DNA from: Escherichia coli
Lineage (GTDB): Bacteria > Pseudomonadota > Gammaproteobacteria > Enterobacterales > Enterobacteriaceae
Assembly (NCBI RefSeq): GCF_003334385.1
Contig: NZ_QOWN01000163.1
DNA: 581 bases
Reading direction: 5' to 3' (one strand)
The notes beneath the pieces were generated by a model. It saw only the letters and a program-made list of their open reading frames with translations, did no database searches and was not told the DNA's origin. The first letter of the stretch is position 1. Each line of letters starts with the position of its first letter. The position numbers were made by a program, and so were the translations under genes. Positions 1 through 581 of the stretch are shown one piece after another.

Positions 1-581
1 CTGACTGTTGTCAATCTCTGCCCACAGCGCCTCTGCCAGATGCGTTTTTCCTATCTTTTCCCGGAAAAGTTCCAGATAGCCCGCAGCATCATTGCTCGCC
101 CGTCCACTGGCTTCCACAAAAGCAGATTTACCCACCAGGTTGACGCTGCGCACATAAAACCAGAAATCCTTTCCGGGCTTAATGTGCGGACCGGAGACAC
201 TCCACTGACTGCCGGTCCCCAGATAACGGGCAGAGGTTTCCACCTGTGCGGCGTCTGCAATTTTTGCCTCCGAAAACCAGAACTCAAACTGCACCGTCGG
301 GTCATAAATGGTCAGTTTCGGGACTGCCGTTATCTGAAAATACCCCGGCGTCAGTTCAATGCTGGCCGGTGCCGCCGGTGCGTTAATCCGGAACGTGGTG
401 GTGGCGGGTTCGCCCTGCTGGCCATAGCTGTTAATCGCCCTGACCGTCAGGGTGTATTCCCCGGGAGGCAGGCCACTGAAACGGTGCTCCGTATCGGCAG
501 TGATGGCGGTGGTCAGCAGGCGGCTGTTCTCACCGCTTCCACTGGTCAGGCGCAGACTGAAGCGCACGCCCTTCACCACCC
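1..581 (-). CDS. J: Internal fragment (both ends outside the window) of a lambdoid phage/prophage tail-tip host-specificity protein, lambda gpJ-like (tip attachment / central tail fibre protein). Codons run on the minus strand from 579 to 1.
   Basis: Seen in sequence: the minus-strand frame 579..1 has 193 codons with no stop, and uses Leu CTG and GC-ending codons typical of enterobacterial genes. From memory of lambda gpJ: the translation shares stretches such as [21 protein letters not shown] and GRAS-DDA-GYL. Two FN3-type signatures are present ([22 protein letters not shown] and [22 protein letters not shown]). The track missed this frame, presumably because it has no start or stop inside the window. 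Confidence 0.85.
109..360 (-). other. Second, complete FN3-like domain module (residues about 74-157 of the window translation)
   Basis: Starts after the APAAPAS linker with [12 protein letters not shown]. It has a Trp-containing segment (FEFWFSE) and ends with the FN3-type signature [21 protein letters not shown]. Boundaries are approximate. Confidence 0.5.
382..581 (-). other. FN3-like domain module, N-terminal part truncated by the window edge (residues 1-66 of the window translation)
   Basis: Shows the FN3 F-G strand signature, with conserved Tyr, Val, Ala, Asn, Gly and Pro spaced as in [22 protein letters not shown], followed by TTTFRI. It is followed by an Ala/Pro-rich linker, APAAPAS. 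Boundaries are approximate. Confidence 0.5.

Noticed and set aside
1-108. Possible diversity-generating retroelement (DGR) variable region at the distal end of the tail-fibre gene
   Set aside because: The window contains no template repeat, no reverse transcriptase and no adenine-specific substitution pattern that could be assessed. The gpJ family is not known to me as a DGR target, so this is speculation without support here.
131-139. Near-match to a Chi recombination hotspot (minus-strand CCTGGTGG versus the Chi octamer GCTGGTGG)
   Set aside because: It has one mismatch, and Chi activity requires the exact octamer. I found no exact match on either strand.
51-305. 84-aa minus-strand ORF from the supplied track ([14 protein letters not shown]...)
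   Set aside because: It lies entirely inside the longer gpJ-like frame, in a different reading frame. Its Arg/Trp/Ser-rich, low-complexity composition is typical of an out-of-frame shadow ORF, and I recognise no motif in it.
366-380. Short direct repeat ccggtg ... ccggtg
   Set aside because: It is the coding sequence of the Ala-Pro-Ala-Ala-Pro-Ala linker on the minus strand. It is too short and in-frame to be a CRISPR repeat, attachment site or regulatory element.
455-470. GC-rich palindromic stretch (ccccggg) that might suggest a hairpin or terminator
   Set aside because: It sits in the middle of the coding frame with no following T-run. It simply encodes Pro-Gly within the FN3 motif.
1-581. 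Plus-strand frame 1 is also free of stop codons across the whole window
   Set aside because: This is the codon-aligned antisense of the real frame. It stays open because TTA, CTA and TCA are rare in the GC-rich sense frame. Its translation is Arg/Cys-rich with no recognisable domains, whereas the minus-strand frame gives FN3-like modules with gpJ-like motifs.

Overview
The whole 581-bp window lies inside a single protein-coding gene on the minus strand. Reading the reverse complement in the frame whose codons run from + position 579 down to 1 gives 193 sense codons with no stop and no visible start, so it is an internal fragment of a larger gene. The translation ([193 protein letters not shown]) resembles the fibronectin type III (FN3) region of the lambdoid phage tail-tip host-specificity protein gpJ, just upstream of its C-terminal receptor-binding part. 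That identification rests on my recollection of lambda gpJ and on FN3 motif recognition, not on a search. The 84-aa ORF in the supplied track is an out-of-frame overlap inside this gene. I see no RNA gene, CRISPR array, mobile-element boundary, promoter or terminator, and no evidence of a novel system in this window; the main interest is the phage or prophage context and host-range biology.
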